From: Cyanophora paradoxa CCMP329
Taxonomy: Eukaryota; Plantae; Glaucophyta
Direction of reading: 5' to 3'
Assembly: GCA_004431415.1 (NCBI GenBank)
Contig: QPMI01000005.1
Span: 1,054,001-1,118,000 of the forward strand
Length of the DNA: 64,000 bases
Positions 1 to 13,100 of the stretch are shown here, piece after piece. The translations under genes and the position numbers were made by a program. Positions within the stretch are counted from its first letter, which is position 1, and each line of letters opens with the position of its first letter. Below the pieces are notes generated by a model, which worked only from the letters and a program-made list of their open reading frames with translations, did no database searches and was not told the DNA's origin.

Positions 1-1410
1 GCGACGATTGCGCCGAACAGCGCCGGCGCCGAAGAGGACTCGTTTGATCCTCGACGACCCCTCAAGCCTAACGAGCCTCAAGCCGCGACAACTAGCGGTA
101 CCCCCGCGCACCGCAAATCGCCCGCGGCAAACCGGCACGCCCGGACGTATTGAAGCACTTTGCCCGGCTCTAATACCCTACGCGCACGCTTCGCCGTATG
201 AAGCAAAGGCCGCGCGGCGCTCTAATGTACTCGTCTTTCCGCGACGATCACAGCAAGCTCCAAGCCGCAAGCCGCCACTTCTTCCCCCCCGGCTTAGGTT
301 TGAGCCTCAAGCCGCAACTCCTTCCCCACCAACTTGGGCTCAAGCCGCCCAAGTCGCCTCCAAGCGCTAGCGCTAGCGCTAGCGCTCATATGTATGGTCA
401 GCGCGCGGCCGCGGCTCAGCGCCTAGCGCGCGCCAGCGCCAGCGGCGGCCGCATGCGCAGCGCCGGCGCGAATGATAAATGCGCGTACTCTTAGTCGCGA
501 CGCGCGCACATCGCGTCGACGGCGCGCGCGGCCCCGCACGCGCGCAGCGGCGCCGGCCGCGCGCGGCACCTTCCGAAGTTCGAAATTCAACTCGCCACTG
601 GGCCACTATAGCTACAACTACGTATACGTATACTACTATGATACGCGTACGCGTATACGTATACGTATACCACGGTCTCGAGCCTCATATGCATGATAAA
701 GCTCAAGAGGTAATTATAATCATGATCATGAATCGAACGGTACCGGTGAGCTCGTTCGTATACGTATATGTACGTATGCGTATACGCACGCTCGCGTCGT
801 ATACGTATACGCGTACGTATACGCGTACACACACCTCCGCATTTTTTCCTAGGCCTGCTTCGGAATTCTCACTCTTCATGATCAGTATACGTACGTACGC
901 GTAGAATTCGAATCCTTATTAGCTCCTAGCCTCCGATTCACTCCGCCGACCCGGCTTGGGTTGTTGATTTCCTAAGGCCTGGGGCCCGGGCCAATGGCCC
1001 TCCTCACTCTGCGAGCCTCATATGGCTGTCATGCAGATGAGACTGTCCGCTTTAGCGGCCTTCCTTTTCCAACGCAACTTAGGGCGCTGTACCCCCCTCG
1101 AATCAGCGTACCCCTGCGGGCGCGATTCGTGTACCCGGGCAGCAATCGTGTACCCCCCCGGCACACGGGGAGCGAAGAGATATCCTCCCCAACCACGCCC
1201 TCGAGGCAATACGTGGTCTTCCTTTTCCGGCTCCAGGCCCCCTCTGGGTCGGCCCTCCTTTGGAGCCGCGCTGCTGCTGAGCCGCGGCCCAATGAGGCGC
1301 TACCCCTTTCTCTATTTATTAGCGCCTCCTTCCTTGATTGCAAGAAAGGCCGGCGGCTGCAAGGCGAGCCTTGGCCGACCGCGCGGAGCGCGGCCCGGAG
1401 ATCCAAAGAA

Positions 1411-1672
1411 CCGTAGGGCACTTAAGTACCGCGGGCACTTAACTAACGCGGTACCAAATTAACGCGCCAAAAGTTTGTTAAAACGCGGTAATTTGGTGCC
1501 GCGGTAATTTGCTGCTGAGAAGTCGCCCCATACAGTACCCCATCAAAGTACTGCCCCATACAAGCCTCAAAGTTTTAAAACCGCGTTAGTTTGGTACCGC
1601 GGTATTTCGCTCAGAGGAGTGCCATTTTTGAAACCGCGTTAATTAACGCCGCAGTAATTTAGTGCCCGACGG
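1411..1672. mobile_element. Putative MITE (non-autonomous TIR element, Tc1/pogo-like ends)
   Basis: Left end ccgtagggcacttaagtaccgcgg matches the reverse complement of the right end (ccgtcgggcactaaattactgcgg). Internal repeated/inverted aaccgcgtta and gtaccgcgg motifs. Right end is followed by TA. No coding capacity. Confidence 0.55.
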
Positions 1673-1751
1673 TATATTCGCCAGACGTCGACCCTCGCGC
1701 TGTCGACTCAGTGTCGAGGGGCCCCGCGTCGACGTCGGCGGTCGGACGCGG

Positions 1752-1862
1752 TCAGGACTCAGGACTCGGGAGTCGGGAGTCGGGACTCGGGACTCGGGAG
1801 TCGGGACTCGGGAGTCGGGACTCGGGAGTCGGGACTCGCCGAGTCGGGAGTCAACTTGGGAG
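1752..1862 (+). repeat. 7-bp tandem repeat (GGGA[C/G]TC)n
   Basis: Directly visible gggactc/gggagtc array. Confidence 0.85.
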
Positions 1863-2164
1863 TAAGTAAACCGCGTTAATTAACTACGGTCCTGTCTACG
1901 GAACGGTAGAACTAGTTAAATTAGTACAGGAAAATAATTACTAAGTTAGTACTTCCCCAAAACTGCCACTTTAGCAGCTGGTAGATCTTTAGTAGGTCGG
2001 TCTTGAATATCGGTCGGATCATCGGATTTCGGTACGATTGAACGTCGACGTCGGAATTTCGCCCGAGCTTTTCTAGGTTTTACGGGCGGTAAATTATTAA
2101 AAATATTGAACAACTTAAGCAACCTTGATGAGGCTCTAATTTAGAACTCTAAGGCAAATTTTAA

Positions 2165-4875
2165 ACTTGATGAGGCTTTCACTGAGTTAATATCAGAGCG
2201 TCGCCCGCATGCATTCAGAGCGTCTCCGGGATCCGAGGCTCCAATTTCATTCCCTTGATTTCATTTGCTTCTGCAGCAGATCTAGAGCCAGGGGCGGCTC
2301 TCGGCAGAAATGTTAACGTCACGGCGTTAACGTTAACGCTCAGGGACCGTCTCTCACTGAGTCACAGAAAAGCTTGAGATCTAGATCGACGGAGATTATC
2401 AGAAGAAGTCGGGCCTAGCTACTGCCCGGCGCCGGGGGCGGGGCGGGGGTTTTCCCCGCAGCCAGCCCGGCCGGCCTCCCCCGCCTCCCCCGCCGCCTCT
2501 CCTGGCCCGCCGCGCGGGTGGTGGTCCCTCGGCCTCCCGTCCGGCCCCACCGGCCGCGAGTCCCCCCAGAACTCCACCTGGGTACGCGTATTTAGAGGGA
2601 TGGAGTGGGGGGGGAGAAGAAGGAGGGGGTACGCGGGCGCGCACGTCGAAGATCTCGACCTCCCGGTCTCCCACCACGCGGAACACGACGTTGAGGCCTG
2701 GCGGAGGGGGGGGGGTACGTGGGCAAGGGGTCGGGGGTGGGGGTGAAGGCGGGGGTGCACGATCAAAGGCCATGCCGTAGCGGCCGCCGGGCCCGTGCTT
2801 GCCGCGCGCTGGGTACAGGAATCAGAGGGAGGGGTAAGGGGAGGGGAGGTAGGGGTACGCGGCAGCGCACAGTGGGCCGAGCGGGGGTCGAGCCCGAGCG
2901 TCTGCTCCACCGCCTGCTCGAGAGGTGTGAGACGGGTACAGAGCGAGAGGGAGGGTAACGAGATTCGCCTCCTTTATGTCCTCGAAGCGGTCGTAGAACT
3001 TGAGGCGGGGTACGAGGGCCCGCAGCAGGCCCTCGGCCTCGCCCGTCCAGCGCACCGCCACCGGAACCATTTTCGGCGCAGCCATCCACTCCGCCGAGCG
3101 CTGGGGTTACGTGACTAAAAGCGGCGATGGGGAGGGGTACGACAACGGGGCCGACCGCTTCAGGGATCGAATCCGAGTAGGCGACCTGCGATGGGGGCGG
3201 GCTCGTCAACCGCCTTTCAGCCTCCGGGAGGGGTACAGATGGCTGACGTAGGGCTTGATGTCGAGGATGCTGCGCCACTCTTGTTCAGCCCGGAAAAGGG
3301 CGGCAACGGGGAGGGGTACGGGAGCGCGCACGGGGTACAGTCGACGAGGTCGACGCCCGAGAGGTAGAGCGTACCCGCCCGAGCGTCCACACGGTCCAGC
3401 TTGACGACGCTGGGGGTACGTCGGCAGAGAAGGGGATGGGGGTACGGGCCGAGGAGGCGCGGGGCACACCTCAGACCAACTGCCACAGGATTCGTCGGTG
3501 AGCAGGGGATTGAGGCGGAGGGGGGGGGGGGGGGTAAAGCAATTGGCTCACGGGGGTTGGGATGGTGAGGGGACCGGGAGCTGGGGGAAAGCTCGGATTA
3601 GCGAAGGGGGTACAGGAGGCTGCGCGGCGGACGCGGCAGGGTGGGGAACTCACGCGAAGACTCCGACCTGCGGGGTGCGGGGCGCGTGAGCGGCGCCGAC
3701 GCCAAGCCGATCGGGGGGTACGGCGCCGCGCCTTCTCGCCGTCCAGGCGGGGTAGGGCGATCTTCGTCTGGAGCCGGCGGTTGTCGTTCAGCTGCGGCGG
3801 GTAGAGGCGAAAGTCGGCGGGGCCCCGCGAGAAGCCGCGGGTTCGAGTCCGGGGGCGAACGTTAAAGACGAAGATGAGCCAGACGTGCGAGTACTCCTCG
3901 AGCCCTTCCAGGCAGTAGAGGGGCGAGATGTCCCTTCGCAGCTGGAGGCGCGCCCGCGTCTTGGGTACGAGGTTCGCCTGCCGCGGCGTCCCGTGCTGCG
4001 CATGCGCGGTGGACGCCGGTCGGATCGATTTCGAGATTTGATCCGAGGGGCGACTGGACCTTCTCAGGGAAGACAGACTCGATGAAGCCAATTGGCTCGA
4101 ACGTGACTCCCGCGTTGGCTCCAGAGACCGTGACGAGCCGCTTGAGCGATTCGATCGCGGGCGCGTGGGCGGGAAGGAAGACGGGCGGCGCGGCGGCGCT
4201 CCCCTCCGCCGCGGCCGCCCGCTCGCGCGCCAGCCGCTGCCGCGCCTTTCGGGACTTGGGCTTCTGCTGCTGCTTCTGCTGCTGGGAAGCGCCCGCGCTG
4301 GTCTCCGCCTCCTCGTCGCTCTCAAGCTCGTCCGCTACGCGGTCATCGGCCGCGGGCTGGGAGCCGCCAGCATCCATGCCGAGCGATCGGCGAGGAGCGA
4401 TAGCTAACGCTGGTCGATCGATTGGGAAGGCAGTCGCGCCACGAGCCGCCGCGTGGGCGATCGCACGACCGAGGAAGACGCCCCGCAGCGCGGGCGCGCA
4501 CGCGCGGGCTGCGGACCGACCGACGCGAAGCAGATCCAGCTAGCTCTCCTGCAAGCTGCCCAGCGTGGATCGGCGTGCTGTTTGACGAAGTCGATGTCGA
4601 ACGCTCGGCACTGGCAACCAGCAGGCGGGCCCGAATGGGAGCGCGCCCTGTGAGACTGTGAGGCGGCAGAATGCTACAGCCTGAGAGCTCTGTGCGGCTG
4701 GCTCGCCTGAAACTCTGATCTCGCGCGCCGCCCAGCTGCGGGGGGTATCTGCGCTTCGGCCCAACTTCGGGGTACAACAAGCTGAACCGAGGAGGGGTAC
4801 AGGGACTGGCTTCAAGTTTTGGTCTTGGCAAAATCCACACGCTGCGGCGCCCCGATCTGGACTAACGGCCCCCCT
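2165..4875. repeat. Segmental direct duplication, copy A (partner ~17715-20495)
   Basis: Near-identical sequence from gatgaggctttca...gagttaatatcagagcgtcgcccgc to gctgcggcgccccgatctggact at both loci. Confidence 0.9.
2419..4377 (-). CDS. TRMO: tRNA (adenine37-N6)-methyltransferase TrmO/TsaA (YaeB family), copy 1, multi-exon
   Basis: Spliced exons give FEPIGFIESVFPEK-HGTPRQANLVP...LEGLEEYSHVWLIFVF...PRLDGEK-VGVFASRSPHHPNPLGLSVVKL...SGVDLVDCTPILDIKPYV...TLGLDPRSAH, the canonical TrmO motifs. Confidence 0.9.
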
Positions 4876-4899
4876 TCGTCCCGGGATCTTCGAATTCTT

Positions 4900-7006
4900 C
4901 TGGGACCGCCGCGGCGCCGGCGGGATGCGCCCTGCCGCGGCCGGCGCATAAATACGGAAGCGACGAAATAAAATTAAAGGAAAGGTGACTGCCGCGGCCG
5001 CGGCCGCGGCCGCGGCCGCACCCGCCCAGATCTCGTCGGCCATGCGAGACCAGGTTCACGAGCCACTCGGTGTTCTCGGGGGGCAGATCCGGCGCCAGGT
5101 GCGCCCCGTCGGGGCTCGCCATCCCCGAGTAGTGCCTGGGCCGAGAGCGTGAGCGTGAGCGCCTGTGCACAAGCTTAAGAATCACGCCAGGGCCTTTGGT
5201 GCACCTGACTGGCTCGTCGTCGGCGGCGCTCTTCCGGCGCGCCGAGCTCGACTTTTCTTCGAACGTGTACCTGCAGATCGGTGAGAAAGCGGAATTCGAA
5301 GAAAGGCGAAAGAAGGGGAAGCATGCACGTCGCGAGGGCGGCGTGCAGCGGCGTCGCCATGCACGCGTCGTGGGCCGACGGGCGCGCCCCGAGCTGCGAC
5401 GTGCTCAGCAATAGACTCGTGCCAAGGGCAGAGGACGGCCGAGAAGCACCTCGAGGAGGAGCTGGACGCAGGCGGCGTGCCCGCCCGCGGCCGCGGCGTG
5501 CAGCGGGGCGCCCCCCTGCCCGCCCCTGAACTTGCTGCGCACGCTCACTCCCGCCGCCGCCAGCATTCTGCGTACAGTAATATCAGCAAGCAAAGGCCTA
5601 GGTAGCGGGGTACGGGACGGACCGGATCACGTCGAGGCGGCCCCGCTCCGCGGCTCGGTACATGCACTCGACTCGGACGGGCACCAGGTCCAGCCCCGAC
5701 GAGAGCAGCAGCTGGAGCACGTCGGCGTGCCCGCCGGCGGCGGCCGCCGCCAGCGGGCTCGGCCTCCCGTCCTCGTGCTGGAAGGCGCCGCCTCCGCCTC
5801 CGCCGAGGCGGACCAGCAGGTACCGGCACGCCTCCAGGTGCCCCCTCCCCGCGGCCGCCGCCAGCGCCGCCCTCCGAGCGGCCCCCGCGCCCTCGAGCTC
5901 GTCCGCGGCGATGCGCTCGTCCAGGTACCTGCCGTTTCATATATCAAAACAACGAGAAACGGGGCGCAAAGAAAGGGAAAGGGCCTCACTCACTTCAGGA
6001 CGTCGAGGTGCCCCCGCCGGGCGGCGCACTCGAGCGGCGTCCCCAGCCCCGCGCTCCCCGCCATCGGATCCTGCCCCGCCTCCACCAGCGCCCGTACGGA
6101 CTGGATCCGCCCCGCCAGCGCCGCGCCGTGCAGCGCCGTCTCCCCTCCCTTCTCCTCCTCCTCCTCCTCCTGCCGCCCGCGGGCCTTCTCCGCGGCCCAC
6201 TCCGAAGCGATTCGGAGCGACTCGGCGCTTCCGCCTTCCGCCGTGGCCCGCACGACGGCCCGCGCCTCCTTCGGCCCCGTCGGCGACCGGCTCTCGGGCC
6301 AGGCCTCCAGCAGGAGCTGGGGGGCGGGGTACATTTTAGTGCAAACTAGGAGAGTCGAGGGGCGGGGGTACACCTTTAGCAGCTGCGGTCCGCCGGATAG
6401 GGCGCCCGCCTCGACGGCCGCAGAGTAGCGGGCCAGGCCGCCCTTCCTGTCGCTGTACCCTGCGGGGCCGTCGGGGGGGGGGGGTACGGGACGAGGACGC
6501 AGCAGCTCACGTACCCGCCTTGTCCTGAATCAGGCGGCGGGCGGATTCGATGTCCCCGAGCTGTGCCGCCTGCTCGGGAGTCAGCGGGGCGCGAAGACAG
6601 GGGTACGGGGGCGGGGTAGGAGGGGTACCCGGTGCAGGGCGCGCCACGGGGCGGGGTGGAGGAGGACCTGCGCGGGGGGCGAGGGGGACTCTAGCAGACG
6701 CCTGCGGTGCGACAGTACTAGTGAGCGCTGCGTCGGATGGACGAGTGAAGGCTCGCACAGGGCGGCGTCCACATGGCCAGCCGAGAGGGCGTAGAACATT
6801 GCGGTGCAACCCGCGCGGTCCACGGCCGCGGGATCGGCGCCCCTGTCGAGGAGCTGCGCGCAGAGCCGCGCGTCGCCGGCCGCTGCCGCGGCCATGAGCC
6901 GCGTCCTCCCATCAGGCCCCCGCTCGTAGACGTCGGCGCCGGCCGCGGAGGCCGCGGGCTGCGCCGAGCGGATCGGGGGCAGCGGGCCGGACATTCGCGC
7001 CGCCAT
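4900..7006 (-). CDS. Ankyrin-repeat protein, multi-exon (3' end approximate)
   Basis: Multiple ANK motifs: GADVYERGPDGRTRLMAAAAAGD...LLDRGADPAAVDRAGCTAMFYA; GETALHGAALAGRIQSVRALVEAGQD; GTPLECAARRGHLDVLK; GAPLHAAAAGGHAACVQLLL. Confidence 0.85.
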
Positions 7007-7639
7007 AGCTGTGCACAGAGGGTCCGCGCGTCCAGGAACGCGTTCATCTGCGGCCGGGCGCGGACTCCGATCAAACTCAATTGCAAACTCCGATCAAACT
7101 CGAGATATCGATCGATATCCTGCGCATGCGGGCGCCGCGCGCACACACCCACCTGGCGAGCTCTCTCTCGCGTCGCCTCTCAGCGTGCGCGCATCTTCAG
7201 ACGCCCCCGGCCTGCGCTCGAAAGACCTAGGGCTAAGGCTCGAGCTCGCTGCGCCGGCTGGAATTCGAAGGGAGCGTACCGCACGTCGCTTGGGACTGAC
7301 CGCGGCGCTGCTCGTTAACGGAGCTAAGCTTCTGTTGTGCGCTCGCGATCGGCGCCACAGAGTCGAGCAGGCGAGAAGGCCGAGAGAGCGGCGACTTGTC
7401 CCCAGCGGCGCGGAAACTTGCCACTAAACCTCCAGAGTGCGCCGCTCGAGCCCTTGCCCGCTGCGATCCCGCCCTGGGCCGCTGGAGCGCGCCGAATCTT
7501 TCGGACAGCCCCGTCAGAGTGTACCCCCCCTGTTGGCTCCCCGGCCACGCTTCCGGGGAGGCACTGTCCTGGGTTTCATGGCTCGTACGTACGTACGTGC
7601 ATCCGAACATTTGCGCTCTAACTTGCCTTTAACGCGGCG

Positions 7640-9300
7640 CCGGCAGAAATCCTCGTTCCGCCGTGACCGCTCGCCTTTCCGCGCCGTGTCGGGGGAGGCG
7701 CGCGCCTGCAGCGGAGCAGAGCCGTCACGCGGGCCGTGAACCTGCTCGCCCGCACCGCCGTCCGCGCCCTCCGTTCGACGTTCCTCGCGTCCTCGAGCTC
7801 CTGTGGTCCGACGAGCTTGCCTCTGGTACGACGGAGGGCCGGGGCGTGCGCCCTTCGAGGCCCACGCCCCGACCCCACGCCCCGCCCCGCCCCGAGGCGC
7901 CGCTGCGCGAGCGCTGACACGGGGCGCGCGCGCGCGCGCGCGCTGGCGCTGCAGGCGGGGCGGAGTGGGGGCGGGCATCCCCCTCGTAGCCGCCGGCCTC
8001 GCCTCTGGCAAGCCCCGGTGCGCGCCCCCGTGCGCGCCTGCCGCTCCGCCCCGCGCCGCGGCCTGCAGCGTGGGGCGAGCGCCGGCAGCAGCTCCGCTCC
8101 GCTCCCGCCCCCGCCCCCGCCGCGCCTCGATTCCGCGGACGGCGCGCGCCGCTGGCGGTCGATTCGATTCGGCGCAGGGAAGATCACGTGGCAGGCGGAG
8201 ATCGAATTCGACGCGAAGCTCGCCGCGCGTGCGTACCCCGCCTCGCCGTCCCGTACCCCCTGAACCCGCAGCAGCAAATTAAATATCTACCGGCGGCAGC
8301 CGCCGGAGACATCCCCCTCCGGATCCCGTGCGTACCCCGCTGCTCCACGCCCCCCCCTGCGATTGAGCCGTACCCCCCAGGATGGCTTCGTGGCGGCGGC
8401 ACTCTCTCGCCTCCTCCCCCGCTATCATGGGCACGCTCTACTCCAACCTCGCAACCCCCCCCCCCCTCCCCCCCTCCCCCCGCTACGTACCCCAGACAAC
8501 ATCTGTGCGCGGAATCCGCGGCCGCCCTCGACGGCCTTGAACACCAACTGGGTCATCTACCAGGTACCGTCTCCCCACGGGTACCCCGCTCGCCGCGCAG
8601 CTGTACCCCCACCCCAGATCCTGTGCGAGGGCCTGAGGTGCGGCTGCCACACGGCATCATGATCATGATCATCCAGTTCGTCCCCGCCCCCGGCCCCCTC
8701 TTAGGCAACGTGCGCCCGGGCCGGCGCAACCCGCGTACCCCGCAGGTCTGCGACTCATCCCCCCTCCTCAGGCAGCACCGCAATGAAGCTGTACATGTCC
8801 AAGATGGCGCTCAGCGGCTCACCCCCCGTACCCCCAGCAGGTCGTGCCCCCTCCCTCCTGAATTTCGTAGCCCGTGGCGCAGGTGTACGAGAGCGCGGAC
8901 CCCGCGCAGGTCGCCGCCACTACCCCTCCGCTATGCATTGCCTTTGAGTACCAGGGTACCCGCCCCCCTCGCCCTCCGCCCCCTTTCTCTCTGAGCGCTG
9001 TACCCGTCAGGCCAGACGCGCTTGGCCCTCCTGCGCTTGTACTGCCGCAGTAACCTCTGGCCCGAAGTGAGAGTGCGCCGCATACCCCCCCCCCTACCCC
9101 CCCCCCCCCCGCTTCCCCACGCCTCGCCCCGCCGGCCCACTCCTTCCCCCTGGAACGGAAGAAGCTCGCAGAAGCCGCCCCTCTTCCCTTGCGCCACTCT
9201 GCCCTGCCTGCAATCCCGTACACCCCAGGCATCACATTCTTCATATCGAAGTGAGAGCTGCGCCGCGTACCCCCCCCCCCGGCCCACTTCTTCCCCCATG
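7640..9300 (+). CDS. Hypothetical multi-exon protein (possibly degenerate)
   Basis: Series of short open segments bounded by cag/gt with gtacccc-type introns (GKITWQAEIEFDAKLAA, NTNWVIYQ, STAMKLYMSKMALSG, LALLRLYCRSNLWPE). No recognised domain. Confidence 0.35.
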
Positions 9301-10159
9301 GTGACGCCCCGCCCCGCCCTAGGCGCCCGGCGGCCCTCTCTCTCCTCTCCCCTCTCCCTATAGAAAGCCCATCATGGCATCGATATGTGGGCTTTGTCCC
9401 ATTAATCTGAATCAAGTTTGAGCTTCGGACATCGCGCAGTGAAGGCTTGGGCGGGCCTGGCTACTGCGAGCTAGTTCTAGGGGAGGGTAAAGGAGGGGGG
9501 AGGGGGGGGGGAAGTGGGGGAGGGGGGAAGCGGGTAGCGAGGGGGAGCGAGGGGATAGTCGTTTTTACATAGGCCGTATCTATCTACATAGGGGGGAAAA
9601 GGGGGAAAGGGGAAAGGGGGAAAAGGGGGAAAGCGGGGAAAGCGGGGAAAGTTAATATATTTCTTTATTCCCTTTACTAAGTTATGATATTCCTCTTTAT
9701 CCCGACCTCTTTCTACTACGTATCTCACTCCTCCGAGGCTAGATCTCACTCCTCCGAGGCTCTCCTCTCCAGACTCTCTCTTTTTTCGCTCTAGATATAT
9801 ATCCTACATGGCTTCGGTCGAATAAGCCTGGAGGGCAAAAGCCTTCGGTCGAATAATCGCTTGGGCCCCCGGGCGCTTGGGAGAGCGCATTCTGGGCGGC
9901 GCGGCGCATTGATATTCTCGACGTCGCCCAACTTGGCAAGATGGCACCGTTGGAAATCGAAGGGTGCGTGTCGTGCGCGTGAACGCATGCCGCTGATCCT
10001 TGCAGGACTAATCAGATGGCAGGTCTCAGGGTTCGCGCGGATCGGCGCAGAACACCGCCGACCAGTGCGTAGACTCAGAATGCGTGCCGGGCCGCCTCGT
10101 GCCAACGCATGCCGAATTTCACCCTCTGGCCCGGCCGCACTGCGGCCGGGCACGCGCAG

Positions 10160-13100
10160 GGCTCCGAATTCGGCTGCGCATCTGCTGGACCGAGACTTGC
10201 GCCGCCGCCTCCAGCTTTTAAACGATCTTCGCGACATTGGCTTGGGAGATGTGCGGCATGAATATTCCACAGTCCCCCCATTGTCAAATTTCTGTATTTC
10301 CTGAACTCGTTCTCTTCAGGTCGTTAAAATCGACTTGCCGCGAATCGCTGTGGTCGGCGGGCAGAGCGCTGGCAAATCAAGCGTTCTGGAGAGTATCGTC
10401 AACCTCGATATATTTCCGCGCCACAAGGATATATGCACCCGGCGCCCGATCGAGCTGCGGCTCGTCCATGCCGGTGCACATCGAGTCATCCGTGCCGGTT
10501 TGCAAAACTCCGTGACTCGAGCGCAGACATCGATGGCATCCAAGCGACTTTCCGCCACCAAGGGGTCGCTTGCTCGAACTTGATGACCTCTGTTGCTGAC
10601 ATTCGGAATGAAATCGCGCGCCGGAACATGGACAAGGTCACCGATGATGCGGTGCGGCACTAGTACTGCCAGTACTAGTCTTTAACTTCAGAAGAATCCT
10701 TTCATTTAATTTGACGACTTGATTTACTCAGCCAATCTTTGAAGACCCGATCACGCTTGAGATCCGGAGCGCTCATGTTCCGGACCTCACCGTCATTGAT
10801 CTTCCTGGCATTGCTCGCGTGCGCTGCTGTGAATAATCTTCTTTGCAAGAGTGAATATCAAAGAAATTCATATGTACGCATAGAACACTGCAACTGGCAA
10901 CCAGCGTAATCAGAACATCGAGAAGCTGACGACGGCGCTCTCACGCAAGTGCGATTCGATTTAAAAATTTCATTTTCGAGCTAAATATATATAATTAAGA
11001 ATTCGACGAGTTATACATGTACAGGTACATTAAAGAGGAGAGAACAATCATCCTTGCTGTGTCCGCTGCGAATGCGGATCTTGCGGGGTCGGATGCCCTC
11101 ACGCTTGCCCGGATTGAAGACGAACACGGTATATATATCTTGAACAAGGTAGGCAAGGATAGCGTGGATGTCGTCGTAATCGTTCGCCTTTCATGACCAG
11201 GCGTTCGGACAACTGGAGTCATCACCAAGGTTGACATAATGGACGCTGTGCGTTACGTATATATAATTCCAGAGATTAATATTATAATAGATATCTGAAA
11301 TGCATATGCAAATCTCAGGGGACCGATGCCGCTGAAATCCTTCTCGGCAAAGTTCACAAGCTGAAAAAAGGATATTTCGGTGCATCTCATGTATGATATA
11401 GCTATAGCGTCGTAACATCCTTTCTTCCGCGAACCTGAGTGACGTCTCATTGCAGCCCTCAAAAATCGTTCACAAAAGGAGGTTGACGATAAGAAATCAG
11501 TGCAGGTCTTCCAGACGCACTTTGTTCAGGAAACTGCTATTGCAATTATGACAATTTCGACCAGGAGGCGATCATTACTGAGGACCAGTTCTTCAAGAGC
11601 CACCCCGTCTACTCAAAACTGCTCTCTCGATGCGGAACGCGGAGCCTCGTGTCTGCGCTCCAGCGGGTACGTATAAGTATACCTCTCCCGCAATTGTCTA
11701 ATATTTTGAAAACGTGCGGCCATCGCCCAGGACATTCTCGCTTTGTATGATGCACACATTCCAGACATCAAAGCTCAAGTAAGCAGCTATATTGTCGTTT
11801 ATGCAGCTGGAGAATTGATGTTGGTATCGTGATCATGTCAAAGATTTCGAATATGATCAAGCAGGAGGAGCAGGATTTAAAGGCTCTTGGAGCTGGAGTC
11901 CCGGAGGACGCGCCATCTCAGGCGCGCTCTTCCCGCCGTCAAGCTGCATTTTCGGAACACGTCGATTGATCGCGAAGATGCAGATGGAAGTGCTGCTCGA
12001 CACGATGTCGAGATTTCGTAAGCGCCTTTCTGGCCTCATCCTCGGAAACGACGTGTCGCGCACCGATACTCTGTGAGTATGAGTTTGCATCGATATCAAG
12101 ATACTAACGACTAATTATAATTACAAGCGTTGGAGGCGCATTCATCCGCAAGAGCGTCTTCGAGCCTTTCGAAAATCAGTTGAATCTCATCCCCTTCGCT
12201 GAAGCAAGCGAGACTGGTTAGCATCTTTCTCCTAACCACAATCATTACTATGATACAAATTCTGACTCTCATCAATTTAATTTAGATATCTACAACTTGA
12301 TATTGAACAATCAGGTGGCTTAATAATCATTGAATCTGGTACTGTTGTCTTCAATTACGACCGGCTGATATATTTACGACCAGGGCATCCGTCCGGACGA
12401 TTTCGTGCCTTTCGATGCTTTCTCCATTCTCGCGAAAGAAGCTATTGAGCGGTTTCACGGACCGGCAAGCGAGCTGATTGAGGCTGTCTTCATGAAGATG
12501 TTTGAGATGATTCGCACTGCTGCTGATGAGGTGCACCGAGGGCTTCGCGCTCATTCCTTCTCTGTTGTGAAGTCTTTTTCAGGCGTTTGGATCGTTCGAG
12601 ATTTTGCGGGCTGAAATCTGCACAAGCATCGTAGACCCTGAAGGCGAAGGGTCTTTGGTTATGGCGAAGACCACGGCCCACAACCTGGTCAAGGCGCTCA
12701 TCGATTGCAAGGGGGACCACATTTTCATACGGCGCAGCGACTTTAATGCCGCAGCTTCGAAGATGCCGAGCGAAAATTTGAAGGTGCGCCGGTGAACGAG
12801 ATCTAGATCTAGACCTGTGTGATTTCATCAGCAGTCGAAGGGACCTGGCGAGTTTATGCGGGCGGAGTTCGGCAACCTCCAGCCCAGCTCCGGCAGGCTG
12901 GTCGTCGTCAACCCGGCCACTGTGCGGTACGACGGCAACGACACCTCCGGAGCCCCTGGCCGGGCCGATATCATTCCGACTTTCATGCACGGCCGCCACG
13001 TCGTCGAGTTTGTCCTGGGCGCGCCGTCCGCAAAGGTTTCGCTGGACGTTTTCTTCGGGCCCGAGGGGAGGCCCGACGGCGATTCCGAGGTTGTTTGTGT

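Noticed and set aside
370-905. Tyr/Val/Thr-rich ORFs
   Set aside because: They derive from low-complexity (GTATAC/GCGC) microsatellite-like DNA with no domain signal.
9477-9790. Pro/Phe-rich 90-aa ORF
   Set aside because: It is a translation of G/A homopolymer tracts with a short local duplication and is probably non-coding.
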